64,000 nt of DNA from Trypanosoma brucei. Lineage: Eukaryota. The stretch covers positions 1,600,001-1,664,000 of the forward strand of contig CM000208.1 of assembly GCA_000002445.1 (NCBI GenBank). The letters are read 5' to 3'. The notes under the pieces are model-generated. The model worked only from the letters and a program-made list of their open reading frames with translations. It made no database searches and was not told the origin of the DNA. Shown here piece after piece: positions 34,805 to 46,452 of the stretch. The position numbers and the translations under genes are program-made. Every line of letters starts with the position of its first letter. Position 1 is the first letter of the stretch.

Positions 34805-35980
34805 ATGCTGCCTATACTAAAGGCCGGGGAAGACGAGGGGGGTCCCCGGATCCCCCCTCCTCTATGGTGTGAGGCGAAGCGTGAGGCGTTAATCGATGGC
34901 AAAGGAAAAGTTAATCTTGAGGTAATGCTTGTTCATTTTCTTCGGCAAGGACGTTTGAGCAAGCACGATGCACTCAACATAATTCAAAATGCATCAAGTG
35001 TACTTCGTACGGAACCCAACGTCCTGAGGATTGCTGATCCTTCGGTTGTAGTCGTCGGCGACGTTCGGGGACAGTTCTACGATTTAGCAAAAATTATATT
35101 TATAGGTAATATGTTCAGTAGGGCAAAAACGTATTTGTTTCTAGGTAATTATATTGACTCATGTTTTTTTAGCACCGAGTGTATACTCCTTTTGCTTGCG
35201 GCGAAACTAACCCACCCGAGTTGTGTATTTTTGCTTCGTGGAAACCATGAATGCCGTTTTATGTCGAATATTTTCGATTTTCGGGGAGAGTGTCTGAAGA
35301 AATATAATGACGATGTTTACGAAGCCATTATGACAGCGTTTGATTGTCTTCCACTGGCAGCTGTTGTAAACAATCAGTATTTTTGTGTACATGGAGGTCT
35401 TTCACCTGACGTTACGAGTGTTGACAATATTCGCTTAATTTATCGATTTCGGGAACCCCCGTCGAAAGGGGCTATGTGTGATTTATTATGGTCTGATCCG
35501 TTTTGGGATGTAGAGAATCCGTCGTCAGTTTGCGAAGGTTCTAGAGATGATTATTACACCCCTGGAAATGGCCCATCGTACGGTACGGCGCCATGCTTTC
35601 TTGACAACGAGCAGAGAGGTTGCAGTTATTTGTTTAACTATCATAGTGTAAAGCACTTTTTGTTGACGAATGGTCTTCTTTGCGTCGTACGTAGCCATGA
35701 GGTTCAAGATGATGGTTATAAGTTGTATAGGTTCAACAGTGTTTCCAATTTTCCGTGCATGATGTCCGTTTTTTCTGCCCCTAATTACTGTGATAACTTG
35801 CACAACAAGGGTGCAGTCCTCATTCTTGAGGGGAAACAAATAGGTATAAAGCAGTTTTGTTGCTCGCCTCATCCTTATGTTCTCCCAAAGCATCTTAACG
35901 CATTTGAATGGTCATTCTCTTACCTGTTGGATAGTGTTCGCGACATATTTGCTTCCATCATTTCGTGTGAGGGAGCATGA
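34805..35980 (+). CDS. PPP-family Ser/Thr phosphatase-like protein with degenerate catalytic motifs (candidate pseudophosphatase)
   Basis: PPP fold markers are present in order, but several are altered. GDxHG becomes 'GDVRGQ', GDxVDRG becomes 'GNYIDSC', GNHE is intact ('RGNHECR'), HGG is intact ('CVHGGLSP'), 'RG' is intact, 'RSHEV' is present, and SAPNY is intact ('FSAPNYCD'). Confidence 0.75.
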   Translation: MLPILKAGEDEGGPRIPPPLWCEAKREALIDGKGKVNLEVMLVHFLRQGRLSKHDALNIIQNASSVLRTEPNVLRIADPSVVVVGDVRGQFYDLAKIIFIGNMFSRAKTYLFLGNYIDSCFFSTECILLLLAAKLTHPSCVFLLRGNHECRFMSNIFDFRGECLKKYNDDVYEAIMTAFDCLPLAAVVNNQYFCVHGGLSPDVTSVDNIRLIYRFREPPSKGAMCDLLWSDPFWDVENPSSVCEGSRDDYYTPGNGPSYGTAPCFLDNEQRGCSYLFNYHSVKHFLLTNGLLCVVRSHEVQDDGYKLYRFNSVSNFPCMMSVFSAPNYCDNLHNKGAVLILEGKQIGIKQFCCSPHPYVLPKHLNAFEWSFSYLLDSVRDIFASIISCEGA

Positions 35981-38900
35981 TGAGACTCAAGTTTCCTGTT
36001 TGTAGAACTTACATTGTCGACCCCCTTTCCGTTCTATGCCTACGAGTGCCAGCAGCGAGAGGGTATATATACGCACATATAAGCTTCTTTCTTTTATCTC
36101 GCATTTTTGATTTTAACACCGCTCCGTTGTATTTAGGTGTGGGTTAGTATTTAGTTTAAAATTCTTTCAAGTCCTCTCAACTCAGCCAGGGTCGTAAAGA
36201 GCAAGACACAGAGGGGAAAGCTGCCCTATAATCGCCTGTGGCGCATTTTCATGAGTCCTCATTAGGTGTTCCTGCGCCAGCGGCCAAAACATTGCATCAT
36301 TCCGTCGCCGTATGGAACCAACAATTGTGAAAAAAAAAAAGGATTTAATCGGGGGATCCCCTTGGAGCAGATCACTGTTATGAGGTTTATTATGAGTGTT
36401 GCGAACAGGGAAACAGCTGGTGATGTTTATAGACGTTCTGCTTTGGTATTGAGTATATGATTGCTGTACCAACTGCCATGAGGCAGTCATTAATACTTTT
36501 TTTGACTTTTAATTCGTTCTTTGATCAAAAGTGTACGTGTATGGAATCATCTTGAATATTTGGAGAATTAATCATACGTCCGGAAGATTTGAATATAGTA
36601 ACTTCTTCTACCAGAGACCGAAATACCGGGATGTGTGATTTTATGCGGTTGCCGCTGGGAGCACGCTTCTATGCGTGCCTTTTACGAGGGCGCCTACGTT
36701 GTTGCAAGTGTGATCTGTGCGGCATTTACTCGTACAGCGGAGAGCGGGGATATCGCTTCTGGGGTATGCGGGAACGGGACATTGAATGCCTTCTTTTCAT
36801 CGTTAACACTCAACTTATTGAACATCTGTAGATGTCAAAGGGTGCCGATGCCGACTGATCATCGAGATAGCGACGGAGTTACCGTTGTTCCCTGGAGTGA
36901 TGTCCGATTTTACCAAATATGAGAGGAGGAGGTCTGTGTTTTCTCTTTTGACCGGACCGGTTATGAAATGAGTGATTTACCACTGCATTCAGCATGTGCA
37001 ATGACAGCAGTAAGGTTTGTAACTCCGCTTAAATCACCACGAGTATGTGAGTGCTCGTGTGATATGTTGTACTGCGCAAGAAAGAAACACGTGGACCCAA
37101 TTCCTGCCGTATCGACCCTCGGCAAAAACGTTTCGAGCACCTCTTCGTTAAATATACGCTTGTGGATGGGCTTGAACGAGAGCGTTCGGCATCAAGATAT
37201 ATGTTTCCTGTGTAGGTAAAGACAATAGATTCGAAGTTGACGTTTCCAGAAGTGTGCAACACGCTGTGGGAAGATTCCACTGGAAGCTGCATAATTTTGT
37301 TATGTACAGATGCCGTAGGTTCATTCGGTTGCTTCTAGAACCTCGTTGGAGGATTAGATAGGCATACAGGGAGTACGCCGTTGCTTGCTCGAGGTTATAG
37401 TGCACCTCCTGTTGACACGAACGGACATACGCACGTGTGTGAACACGAAGTGCCCTTCAAACCTTAAGGATTCGATGTTTCAGTCTACTTTATCATGCTG
37501 AGGGGTTAAACTGACCTATGCGTTTTTGCACTTGGGTGTGGTTTTAGAATTCTTTGAGAGGCGGGATATTAGCATGCAGTGCCTCTGTGCTCTATATCTT
37601 CCATGCACATCCGGTCTGGTGAATGACCCTATCTCTTTACTACGCGGTGTCATGCGGCTTATACTGACAGTTGTTAACTCTGGTGCATCCTGCTGGCGTG
37701 TTAATGGCCCTCGTTGAGCGGTGAGATGTGGAGCTCCCCTCCTTTTCAAGTGGTTCTGTAAATGGTGGCTAATCGTAACTCATTCTACAGATTTGCAGCT
37801 ATGTTTTTTCCGCAGGCGCGCTGTGCAGAGATGTGTGATGCTTACAGGTGGATACCACATACTGCTCCGTTGCTGTGCGGGTTATGCTTGGGATGCAGAC
37901 ATGGAAGGGTTGGGGAATACTGACTTCCACGATGTGGGTGGCGTTAACGCTGACGAAGAAAAATATTGTTTTTGTAGATTGATTGTCAAACGAGCTGCGC
38001 GGGTGGCGTGGTGGGGGAAGGGCGTTGTTTTATTCTCTGTGTCGCTCAAGCGCTAGATCATGCACTTGAAGGAGTGTCCACCAGCGTCATCGGTGGGGTG
38101 GCTGCGCCCTTCGTTGACCATCTACATGTTTGGGTCGAAATCACTGGCGTTGTCGTCTGCTGTATTCGTGTTGGATTGCTTTACGATGGGGCGGAAGCAA
38201 CGACTCCTCTCAGCAGTGGTAAATGTTCCTCTGACGTTGCGTCTGATGCTGTATTTCTCAGCTTCATACAAGGGGGAGGAACCGAGATTACCACCATCTA
38301 CATGTGTTCTTGGGTCTTCACAGGGCAACAATTTTCTTCTTTTACCCGGCGCCTTTGCGGAGAGTGGCTGCACCACGTTCTTCCCAGGTCGAGAGGGCTT
38401 AATGAGTGAATTACAGGATGAATTGTGGCTACAGTTGCCGTCGAGGCTACTGATTTTAGCTAGATTAGATTTAGCGAACTTTTTATTTGCAGTTGTAGGT
38501 CGTTTGCCGAATAGTGGGATCAACCTCTTTCAGCAAAGGCCCCCTTCATCACTGGCAGTTTTACCCAAACGTTGCATGGGCATGACTCTTGTTGCCCTTA
38601 CAACGTTGTAACTCCTCGCGGAAATGTCTCGATTGTGTCTCTTTCGTATGGACACTTCATTTGGAGGAGGTTTTATCCCTTTTTTCTGATAAATTGATTT
38701 GTTGCAGCAACCTCGTCGTCCCCCAACATGAGTTGCACGGATCAATATTAAAGTGGAAAGAAGGGGTGCTACGACGCAGTGCTTTTGGTCGATGTCGGTA
38801 AGGTATCGCTTTGCTTCGCACTACAGGTTTTTTGTTTGGGGGTATTGCGCGGACGGTGTGTTTGTGTGTGTGTGAAAAGACTATGGGGGTAGCGAAGAAG

Positions 38901-39440
38901 GCCCGGTAAAGGGTCAGATCGTGATGGAGCCGTGACAAACAGTAGGAGTGGTGGTAACATCGAGAGGTGTCGCAACTCGGGCTTCGGTGCGCACAATATA
39001 TGGGAAACGTTGCCCTCAAGGACCCCGCTGCCAGCTACTCGGTATTGGGGCGAAGGGACAAACTTGAAGTCATGGAGTTTGCTGAATTCCCTTCCAGTGA
39101 GAGCCTGCGGGTTGATCAGTTTAGACCAGTTTTAGGATACCCAAAATCTGGAACTTCAATATCCCACTGTTTTGTCTCCGCACAGCCTTAAGGTTGTGAA
39201 ACGTCACGAACAGGGAGTGCCGTAGGACCACGTGGGTACCCGCTTTAATAACCGCAGGGGCTAGCCGTGTTTTACTATTCCCCTCCCCGATAAAAGAGGC
39301 AGTAGCACTGTTCCTTCTTGTTTTCATATTTGTTTTCGTTTTGTAAAAAAAAATTCCTTGGATGCTCTTCTTTTTCCTCCTAACCTTTTATCAATTATTC
39401 CAATGGAAAAAAAAAGCAGCAACAGGACTCACCGGCCACT

Positions 39441-40460
39441 ATGGTGGATAAACTAACCCCACCATTCGTTCCTCCGTTTCAGCACACGAAAATGCCTGCA
39501 GTGCCGTGCCGGGCAAGCAAAGGGCATCATCAGGTTCAGCTGCAGCACTCCGTGATAACGTTTGGTTCACCAAATGTGGAGGATGGTTCAAGATTCTTCA
39601 GGCAGGTAGTCGAAGGCGTGCGCACAGGTTCAGAGCGAGTGCTACCAAAGGATGAAAGTAGACGATGCCTCAGTGGTGAGAGCGATGGCGCGACTAGTCG
39701 AAGGTTACAGCAGCTGAATACTGACCTTCAGCAGGCGCTACAGAAGCTACGGCAGAGGGACCGGGAAGAAACTAAGCTACGACGAAGGTTGTCTGTAGTT
39801 CAACTCAAGCTAGAGGAAGCGGCTGAGCGTCACAGTGCTACGATAGAACACGTCCTCGGGCTGATGGACGTGTACGGATCACGTATGGAGGAACAGAGGA
39901 TGGAGCTTCAGCGATTGCGCGCAAAGGTAAATAACTGTGATAAAACCTCCGAAGGGCTTAGAAACGAGGGGGTAATCAGTGCTCCAGTTGGAGTCCGTGG
40001 GTTGAAGGCTAGTGCTGTGCAGGCAGAGAATGAAAGCCTGAAGAATCGCGTTAAGTCACTCACTGATGAGAGGGAGGAGTTGAGGAAAATGACACAAAGG
40101 CTACAGGATGAAAAGGAGGAGAACCTACAAACTTTTTCCAACATACGGAACAAGTTAACGGCCGATATCATGGATAAACAAGAACAAATACATCAAGCTA
40201 ACAAAAAATTGAAAGAGTTATCGGATGAAGCTGCGGCTAGGGATATCTTGGTTCAACAAGTGCGACTTTTCGTGCAAATGGTTTGCCAGCCTGATTTCCA
40301 CGTGGTTAAGGACACCTCTCTCCAACCAGTCGACCGGAGCAGGACCGAACCAACAGGTTTTGTTTTAGTTCCCCTGACGCTGATGCTGCAGGGTTACTCT
40401 CTACTTTCAAACGAAGACCGCGATGACCTTGTAGAACTGTACCGGCAACGGCTCACTTGA
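39441..40460 (+). CDS. Hypothetical coiled-coil protein
   Basis: 339 aa, ATG verified. The central Glu/Lys/Leu/Gln-rich region is predicted coiled-coil. The conserved-looking C-terminus is 'GFVLVPLTLMLQGYSLLSNEDRDDLVELYRQRL'. Confidence 0.55.
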   Translation: MVDKLTPPFVPPFQHTKMPAVPCRASKGHHQVQLQHSVITFGSPNVEDGSRFFRQVVEGVRTGSERVLPKDESRRCLSGESDGATSRRLQQLNTDLQQALQKLRQRDREETKLRRRLSVVQLKLEEAAERHSATIEHVLGLMDVYGSRMEEQRMELQRLRAKVNNCDKTSEGLRNEGVISAPVGVRGLKASAVQAENESLKNRVKSLTDEREELRKMTQRLQDEKEENLQTFSNIRNKLTADIMDKQEQIHQANKKLKELSDEAAARDILVQQVRLFVQMVCQPDFHVVKDTSLQPVDRSRTEPTGFVLVPLTLMLQGYSLLSNEDRDDLVELYRQRLT

Positions 40461-41318
40461 AAAGTAACACCCACGCCGGCTGATACCTCGTACTAAAACC
40501 ACGTGGAGTAGTGTGTGAAACAGTATTTTTTCTCCCCGTTCTTTCTCATCAGCACGCTAATATAACTTCTTTACCTCGCTACGCAACGGGTGCGTACGCC
40601 GAGAGGGTCAGAAACGCATGTTAGCCACTTATTTTTAAAAAAAGAAAAAGAGAGCAAACACTTCTCGGTCCTGTGGGGAAGAAGTGTCCCTATTTTTCAC
40701 CACATTTTAGTGTTGGTTACTTAAAACATTTGCTCGGGGTATCTGCGCATACATTGGGCAAACTGTGTATCAGCCGTTTGGTGATGTATGTGGTGGCATA
40801 AACATGGTGGTACACGAACTCCCCACCCCCATCCCCGCGGTAGAAGAAGTCTACCATGTGTCACTAGCGTTCATGTGCAATTTTTGTTTTTGTGATGGCA
40901 ACAACAGAGAGGACCATTGGCAGTAACAGTTTTCTCTCTTTTTTTTGTTATTTTGTGCACACAAATGGACATTGTCTTTTTTCGTGTATTCCATAATGGT
41001 TTTAGCAGATCGTACGTGTACGTTTTGGCCTGCCTCTGTGTTTCTTTCCCGTACTATTGCTCTCCGTTCTGTCCCCTCTCCGGCGTATTGTCGTTCAGGT
41101 TTAGGTCACCAAAGGTGACGTAGCTTGCTGTGGCCATCAATACGGAAGGAAAAGAAGGGAAAAGGACGTTTATAACTCGGAAAACAGGGCCCCGGTAGCG
41201 TAGTCTAGTGACCAGTGTGAGCACCTCTAAGCAAAAAAGAAGTTAAGGGAGAGAAAGATAGGACAAAGTACGAGCGTGTGGAAGAAAGGGGAGGTAATCG
41301 ACGCAACACCTTGGTTAA

Positions 41319-41804
41319 ATGTCTGTCGCACCAAAACGTACGGCCGAGTTGCTGTGGCTAGAGCAGCAGCGGGCGAGGCAGTATGAACAGCATCGGAAAC
41401 GTGTGGAGCAACAGAAACCATGTGTCGACAACAAGACTCCCCGAAATCTAAGCTTGAGCAACAAGCGCGCCCTCATGGAACAAGAACGACGAAAATGCAT
41501 TGACGAGGAAAACAGACGGTTAGTTGTGAATATGTCCGCTATTATGGAACGTGGAGGCGGCATCGACAACAAGGAACCTTGGCGTCGTACCAACGGCCCC
41601 CGCGACGCAGAAATTCGTCGGAGAAGAGAACAGCAAAAGCTTGCGGAGGAGAACTTAAAATTACTTCACCGTTTAGAGAACGTCAAGCCTGTGTATCGCC
41701 TTGAAAAGTGGGAAATGGAGCGAGATGAAAACGAGATACTCGTCGACCGAATCAGCCGCTACCCGTATATACCAATGAATAGAAGGAAGGGCGTGGGTGA
41801 GTAG
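41319..41804 (+). CDS. Hypothetical small basic/charged protein
   Basis: 161 aa, ATG verified, Arg/Glu/Lys-rich ('EQQRARQYEQHRKRVEQQK...'). No motif recognised. Confidence 0.45.
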   Translation: MSVAPKRTAELLWLEQQRARQYEQHRKRVEQQKPCVDNKTPRNLSLSNKRALMEQERRKCIDEENRRLVVNMSAIMERGGGIDNKEPWRRTNGPRDAEIRRRREQQKLAEENLKLLHRLENVKPVYRLEKWEMERDENEILVDRISRYPYIPMNRRKGVGE

Positions 41805-42327
41805 TAGATAATGTTCTGCAGCCCCACTCTGCGTGCTGGCTGTTACTTCTTTGCAAGTACTTAGTCGCCCACTTTTACCCCTCTCCCTTGGGCTGCGGCA
41901 TCCTTTTTTTTTTTTTTAGCAGGCTACCGCTCCACTTATGTATGTATTCTGTGAAGTTTACTAGAGACCCTGCATATTTTATCCGTGTGGCGTCTCAAGT
42001 CGTGGCCCACCCGCCATATATGTGAGCACACACGCATATATAAATATATATATGAATCTGATTGTTTGTGAAATAGATGTGTCAACTACTGGGGAAAGAG
42101 CAACGACACAAACGGAGGAAACGCCACTCACTTAGCCGACGTTGTCTTTCTCGTGCCTTTTTTTTACGGTCTAACATATGGCAGCTCACAAACTCGTTAA
42201 TATATGAATTTTTTGCACACGTATCAAATCTTCTTTACTCCTTTTCTTTACGGGGTGCAGCTTCCAATTCACACAGAACAAATAAATAAGCATCCATACA
42301 CAGTTGCAAGGGCTAAGTGTCCGATCG

Positions 42328-43689
42328 ATGGTTGTGAATTCTGATGGGGTGCTTAAGGACAACTACACAGATGATCAAACATCGGAAGAAGACCCTAACG
42401 GTGATAACATAAGGACAAACAGGTCAAGCGATGATGGCCCAAGGAGGGGCATAATGAGATTTACTGAGCCGCTGTTTAGTCGGGTGATACCACACGGTGG
42501 AACCCTTTCCAACACTTTCACTTTTGCCTCGGCTACCCTCGGTGGAAGCATAGTCGCCCTGCCATGGGCTTTCCACGCGGTGGGAATAGTGATGGGTACC
42601 GTCTACCTGTTTTTGATGACATTAGTGACTGCATACACCGTCACCATTATTGGATTTGTCATGAAGAAGTCGCGATTCAGTGGCTTCGAGCAGATGTCCC
42701 TAGTTGTGCTGGGCCGGGGTGCTGCCTACTTGATGTCCGTTGTTATGGGCGCCAGTTGTCTTGGTGCTGCTGTCGCTTATGTCATCGCCGTGCGCACTTT
42801 GCTTGAACCGCTACTGCAGCAGTCTCCGTTGACGTCAAATTTTTTTGGAACGACCGCGGGTGTCCGCCTAACAACATTTTTTGTTTGGCTGTTGGGGATG
42901 CTTCCGCTTGTTCTGCCAAAACAGATCAATTCCCTGCGCTACTTCTCGGCGATTGGAGTAGTTTGTGTGGTTTACTTTTCAGTCGCCATAATTGCACACG
43001 CCACTATGGCTGGAGTACCGAAGCGTGGTGACGTTTCAATGTTTCAGGGTGGAAACATCGCAGTTGAGGGATTTGGTATTTTTATCTTTGCGTATCTATG
43101 TCATTGTGTTGCATTCCAAACATACTATGAAATGAGGATTCCCAGTGTGAGAAAATTATTTATTTCAACTACCATCGCCATGATATTTTGCTCTGTACTG
43201 TACTGGTTTGCAGGCGTGTTCGCCTATTTGGAGTTCGGCCCGGAGGTTAAAGACTCAGTGTTGTACATGTATGATCCCATCAGTGATCCCATGATGTTCG
43301 TTGCGTACGTGGGGCTCGTTGCCAAATTATGTGTTTCCTACGCGATGAATATGCTTCCTTTGCGAAACACAGTGTATTTCCTCCTTCAGTGGGAGATTCA
43401 GCAGCTACCATATTGGAAGCACACAGCTGTAGTGACGGTAATGTCCATATTGGTACTTATTTGTGGCATTTTCTTTCCCAAGATCAGCACTGTGTTTGGT
43501 TTCGTAGGCTCTGTTTGTGGCGGCCTCATTGGCTTTATTTACCCCGCTCTTTTCTACATGTATTCAGGAAACTGGTCATTGGCGACTGTTGGATGGTTTC
43601 ACTACATCATGACCTACTGCGTCTTAATGCTTGGTGTCGCCAGCGTGGTGTTCGGCACGGCGGCGACGATTTATGCGATTATCAATTAG
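42328..43689 (+). CDS. Amino-acid transporter (AAAP/Aa_trans family permease)
   Basis: About 11 predicted transmembrane helices. The N-terminal cytosolic region is followed by 'SNTFTFASATLGGSIVALPWAFHAVGIVMG', which is typical of trypanosomatid AAT permeases. The ORF-track start 42304 is TTG. The first ATG is at 42328. Confidence 0.8.
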   Translation: MVVNSDGVLKDNYTDDQTSEEDPNGDNIRTNRSSDDGPRRGIMRFTEPLFSRVIPHGGTLSNTFTFASATLGGSIVALPWAFHAVGIVMGTVYLFLMTLVTAYTVTIIGFVMKKSRFSGFEQMSLVVLGRGAAYLMSVVMGASCLGAAVAYVIAVRTLLEPLLQQSPLTSNFFGTTAGVRLTTFFVWLLGMLPLVLPKQINSLRYFSAIGVVCVVYFSVAIIAHATMAGVPKRGDVSMFQGGNIAVEGFGIFIFAYLCHCVAFQTYYEMRIPSVRKLFISTTIAMIFCSVLYWFAGVFAYLEFGPEVKDSVLYMYDPISDPMMFVAYVGLVAKLCVSYAMNMLPLRNTVYFLLQWEIQQLPYWKHTAVVTVMSILVLICGIFFPKISTVFGFVGSVCGGLIGFIYPALFYMYSGNWSLATVGWFHYIMTYCVLMLGVASVVFGTAATIYAIIN

Positions 43690-44266
43690 TCACACTTTGT
43701 GTGAGGTTTCATGTGCGTACGTAATGCCTGGTTTTCTTGGCACCGCAGTTTGTTTGTACACACAAACTTTTGGAGCGTCTGCCCTTTGTTTTTTCGCCGC
43801 GGGGCGAGGGGGGAGTTAATAGGAGGGATACGGCGAAAGGCGCGTGTTCGCTGTCGTTTTTCTTGATGTTTCTTCCACAGCTGCTCCTGTTCCCCATTTT
43901 TCCACACATAGAAATAGATGCGTCTTCACTAACCAAATGCGTCCAGGGGGTTCGCCCCATATTTGTTTTATTCCTCTCTCTTTTAACGAACATTAATTGT
44001 GAATCGTGGTCCCATAGCGGTGAATAAATAACGGATATACCCACTTTGGCCACTGATAAAAGCGACCGTGATAACCTTGCTTGACAGTGAAGGGAGTATG
44101 AGTCATATTGCGCTACTGAAAGAATCACAAGATAAGTGCGGCAGGATGCAAAGTGCCATAACGCTCGAGAGGAGGGGAGAGGGAGTGCGGGGTCAATTGT
44201 ACCAATAAAGTAAGTCGATTCCTATGCTTCCCTGTGCAGCGAATGTGGAAAACGCAGAAGAATTTA

Positions 44267-44294
44267 ACTTTTTTCCTTTTTTTTTTTACTGAAG
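44267..44294 (+). promoter_or_regulatory. Polypyrimidine tract plus AG: candidate spliced-leader acceptor for HSP60 copy 2
   Basis: 'cttttttcctttttttttttactgaAG' lies about 150 nt upstream of ATG 44448. Trypanosomatid trans-splice sites sit at the first AG downstream of a polyY tract. This is inference only. Confidence 0.4.
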
Positions 44295-44430
44295 CCGCGT
44301 GACACAATCAACCATTGCTCCATCAAATACGTGGGGAAAACAACAACAACAACCAGACTTACTCTTCGCCCCACCCCCTACTACCACAAAAAGTTAACAG
44401 GTAACATTAAAAGTGAAAACGCAGACTAAT

Positions 44431-46452
44431 AACAATAAGATCCGAACATGTTCCGCTGTGTCGTCCGTTTTGGTGCCAAAGACATCCGTTTTGGCACGGA
44501 AGCACGTCAATCTATGCTGAAGGGCGTACAACGCGCTGTGGAGGCTGTTGCAACGACCCTTGGGCCTAAGGGACGTAACGTGATTATCGAGCAATCGTAC
44601 GGTGCTCCGAAGATCACGAAGGATGGTGTAACCGTTGCGAAGTCGATCGAGTTCAAGGACCCGTTTGAGAACATGGGTGCGCAGCTCGTGCGGCAGGTGT
44701 GCAATAAGACAAATGACCTCGCGGGTGATGGAACGACGACATCGGCTGTCCTCGTTGCAAGCATCTTTAGCGAGGGTATCAAATCGATTGCAACCGGGAC
44801 GAATCCCATTGACATGAAGCGTGGTATGGACCGCGCCGTGGAGGTGATCCTGAAGAACATCGAATCTCAGAGCCGAACGGTAACAAATACGGAGAACGTT
44901 GTGCAGGTTGCGACGATTTCCGCGAACGGTGATGTTGAACTCGGCAAGCTGATTGGGGAGGCGATGGAGAAGGTGGGGAAGGATGGCGTGATCACAACAC
45001 AAGATGGGAAGACATTGACGACTGAGCTGGAAGTTGTGGAAGGCATGAGTGTGGACCGCGGTTACATCAGCCCGTACTTCGTAACTGACGCGAAGACTCA
45101 GAAGGCCGAGCTTGAAGATGCGTTCGTGCTTGTGTCTGCAAAGAAGTTGAACAACATTCATACGATCTTACCGGTGTTGAATCACGTGGTGCGCAGTGGG
45201 CGACCATTGCTGATCATTGCGGATGATGTGGAGAGTGAGGCCCTGACGACGATGATTTTCAATAAACTTCAAGGAAAGCTAAAGATTGCGTGCGTGAAGG
45301 CTCCAGGTTTCGGGGACAACAAGGCTGCGATGCTGCAAGACATCGCCATTTTCAGTGGTGCCTGCGTTGTTGGTGAGGAAGGCAGTGGTGTGGAACTTGA
45401 CGCTGAGAAATTCGACGCCAGCATCTTGGGGAGTGTGAAGAAGGCAACAATCACGAAGGACGATACAGTACTGTTGAACGGTGGTGGCGACGTTGCGATG
45501 ATGAAAGAACGCGTGGACCTGCTGCGCGGGCTCATTGAGCGCGAGACGAGTGACTATAACCGCGAGAAGCTTCAAGAACGTCTTGCAAAACTGAGTGGTG
45601 GCGTTGCCGTAATCCGCGTTGGTGGTGCTTCTGAGGTGGAGGTGAACGAGAAGAAGGACCGCATCACAGATGCCCTGTGCTCGACCCGCGCTGCGGTGCA
45701 GGAAGGCATTGTCCCTGGTGGTGGCGCTGCGTTGCTGCGTGCGAGCAAAGCATTGGACGGATTACTACAGGATCAGTCACTCACCGCTGATCAACGGACT
45801 GGCGTGCAGATCATCCGTAACGCGGTGCGGTTGCCCGCCCACCGCATTGTTGCCAATGCTGGAAGGGAAGGTGCTGTTGTTGTTGAGAAGGTGCTCGAGA
45901 ACACTGATGCCGCTGTTGGTTACGATGCGCAGCTTGATCGCTACGTGAACATGTTTGAAGCCGGAATAATCGACCCCGCGCGTGTGGTTCGTGTTGCGCT
46001 TACTGACGCTGCGTCTGTTGCCAGCCTCATGATGACGGCAGAGGCCGCGGTTGTGGATTTACCGAAGGATGATGCACCTGCTGCAGGTGGTATGGGAGGC
46101 ATGGGTGGTATGGGAGGTATGGACGGCATGTATTGATGCTGAGGCAACCTGAGAGCGTTGAGCAGGTGTTGTCCTGGTCATAATGTTCCGCACAGAATTG
46201 AACGTCATCATTATTTATTTATTTATTTATTATTATTCAGCTCGTGTTTTAAATTAATTATTATCATTATTATTGTCGCTTCAGTAGGGTTCTAATTCCA
46301 GGTTATTCGAGTTGTCGAGTCTGTGGTTCGCGGGGGGGGAGACTCTTGGAGGGAGGTACTGTGTTTGAGATTTTGTTGTAGATATGGATGATAGCGTCAA
46401 CTTGTCTTTTGTCTTTGGCCTTCCAATCATTATGTATATATTTTTCTGTTTT
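44431..46452. repeat. Right arm of the inverted duplication (reverse complement of 13830-15851)
   Basis: See the left arm. The 5' boundary is 17 nt before the ATG ('aacaataagatccgaac'). The 3' boundary is at a T-run near 46450. The only difference I noticed is a homopolymer G8 at 46332-46339 against C9 at 13944-13952. Confidence 0.9.
44448..46136 (+). CDS. HSP60: Mitochondrial chaperonin HSP60 (GroEL/Cpn60), copy 2
   Basis: The predicted 562-aa protein is identical to copy 1. ATG verified. Confidence 0.96.
   Translation: MFRCVVRFGAKDIRFGTEARQSMLKGVQRAVEAVATTLGPKGRNVIIEQSYGAPKITKDGVTVAKSIEFKDPFENMGAQLVRQVCNKTNDLAGDGTTTSAVLVASIFSEGIKSIATGTNPIDMKRGMDRAVEVILKNIESQSRTVTNTENVVQVATISANGDVELGKLIGEAMEKVGKDGVITTQDGKTLTTELEVVEGMSVDRGYISPYFVTDAKTQKAELEDAFVLVSAKKLNNIHTILPVLNHVVRSGRPLLIIADDVESEALTTMIFNKLQGKLKIACVKAPGFGDNKAAMLQDIAIFSGACVVGEEGSGVELDAEKFDASILGSVKKATITKDDTVLLNGGGDVAMMKERVDLLRGLIERETSDYNREKLQERLAKLSGGVAVIRVGGASEVEVNEKKDRITDALCSTRAAVQEGIVPGGGAALLRASKALDGLLQDQSLTADQRTGVQIIRNAVRLPAHRIVANAGREGAVVVEKVLENTDAAVGYDAQLDRYVNMFEAGIIDPARVVRVALTDAASVASLMMTAEAAVVDLPKDDAPAAGGMGGMGGMGGMDGMY

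Noticed and set aside
41186-41230. tRNA-like D-arm string 'cccggtagcgtagtctagtgacc'
   Set aside because: There is no downstream T-arm (GGTTCGAnTCC-type) and no acceptor-stem complement. I also scanned the window for B-box-like strings on both strands. The only good match (9259-9270) is inside the RPL37a CDS.
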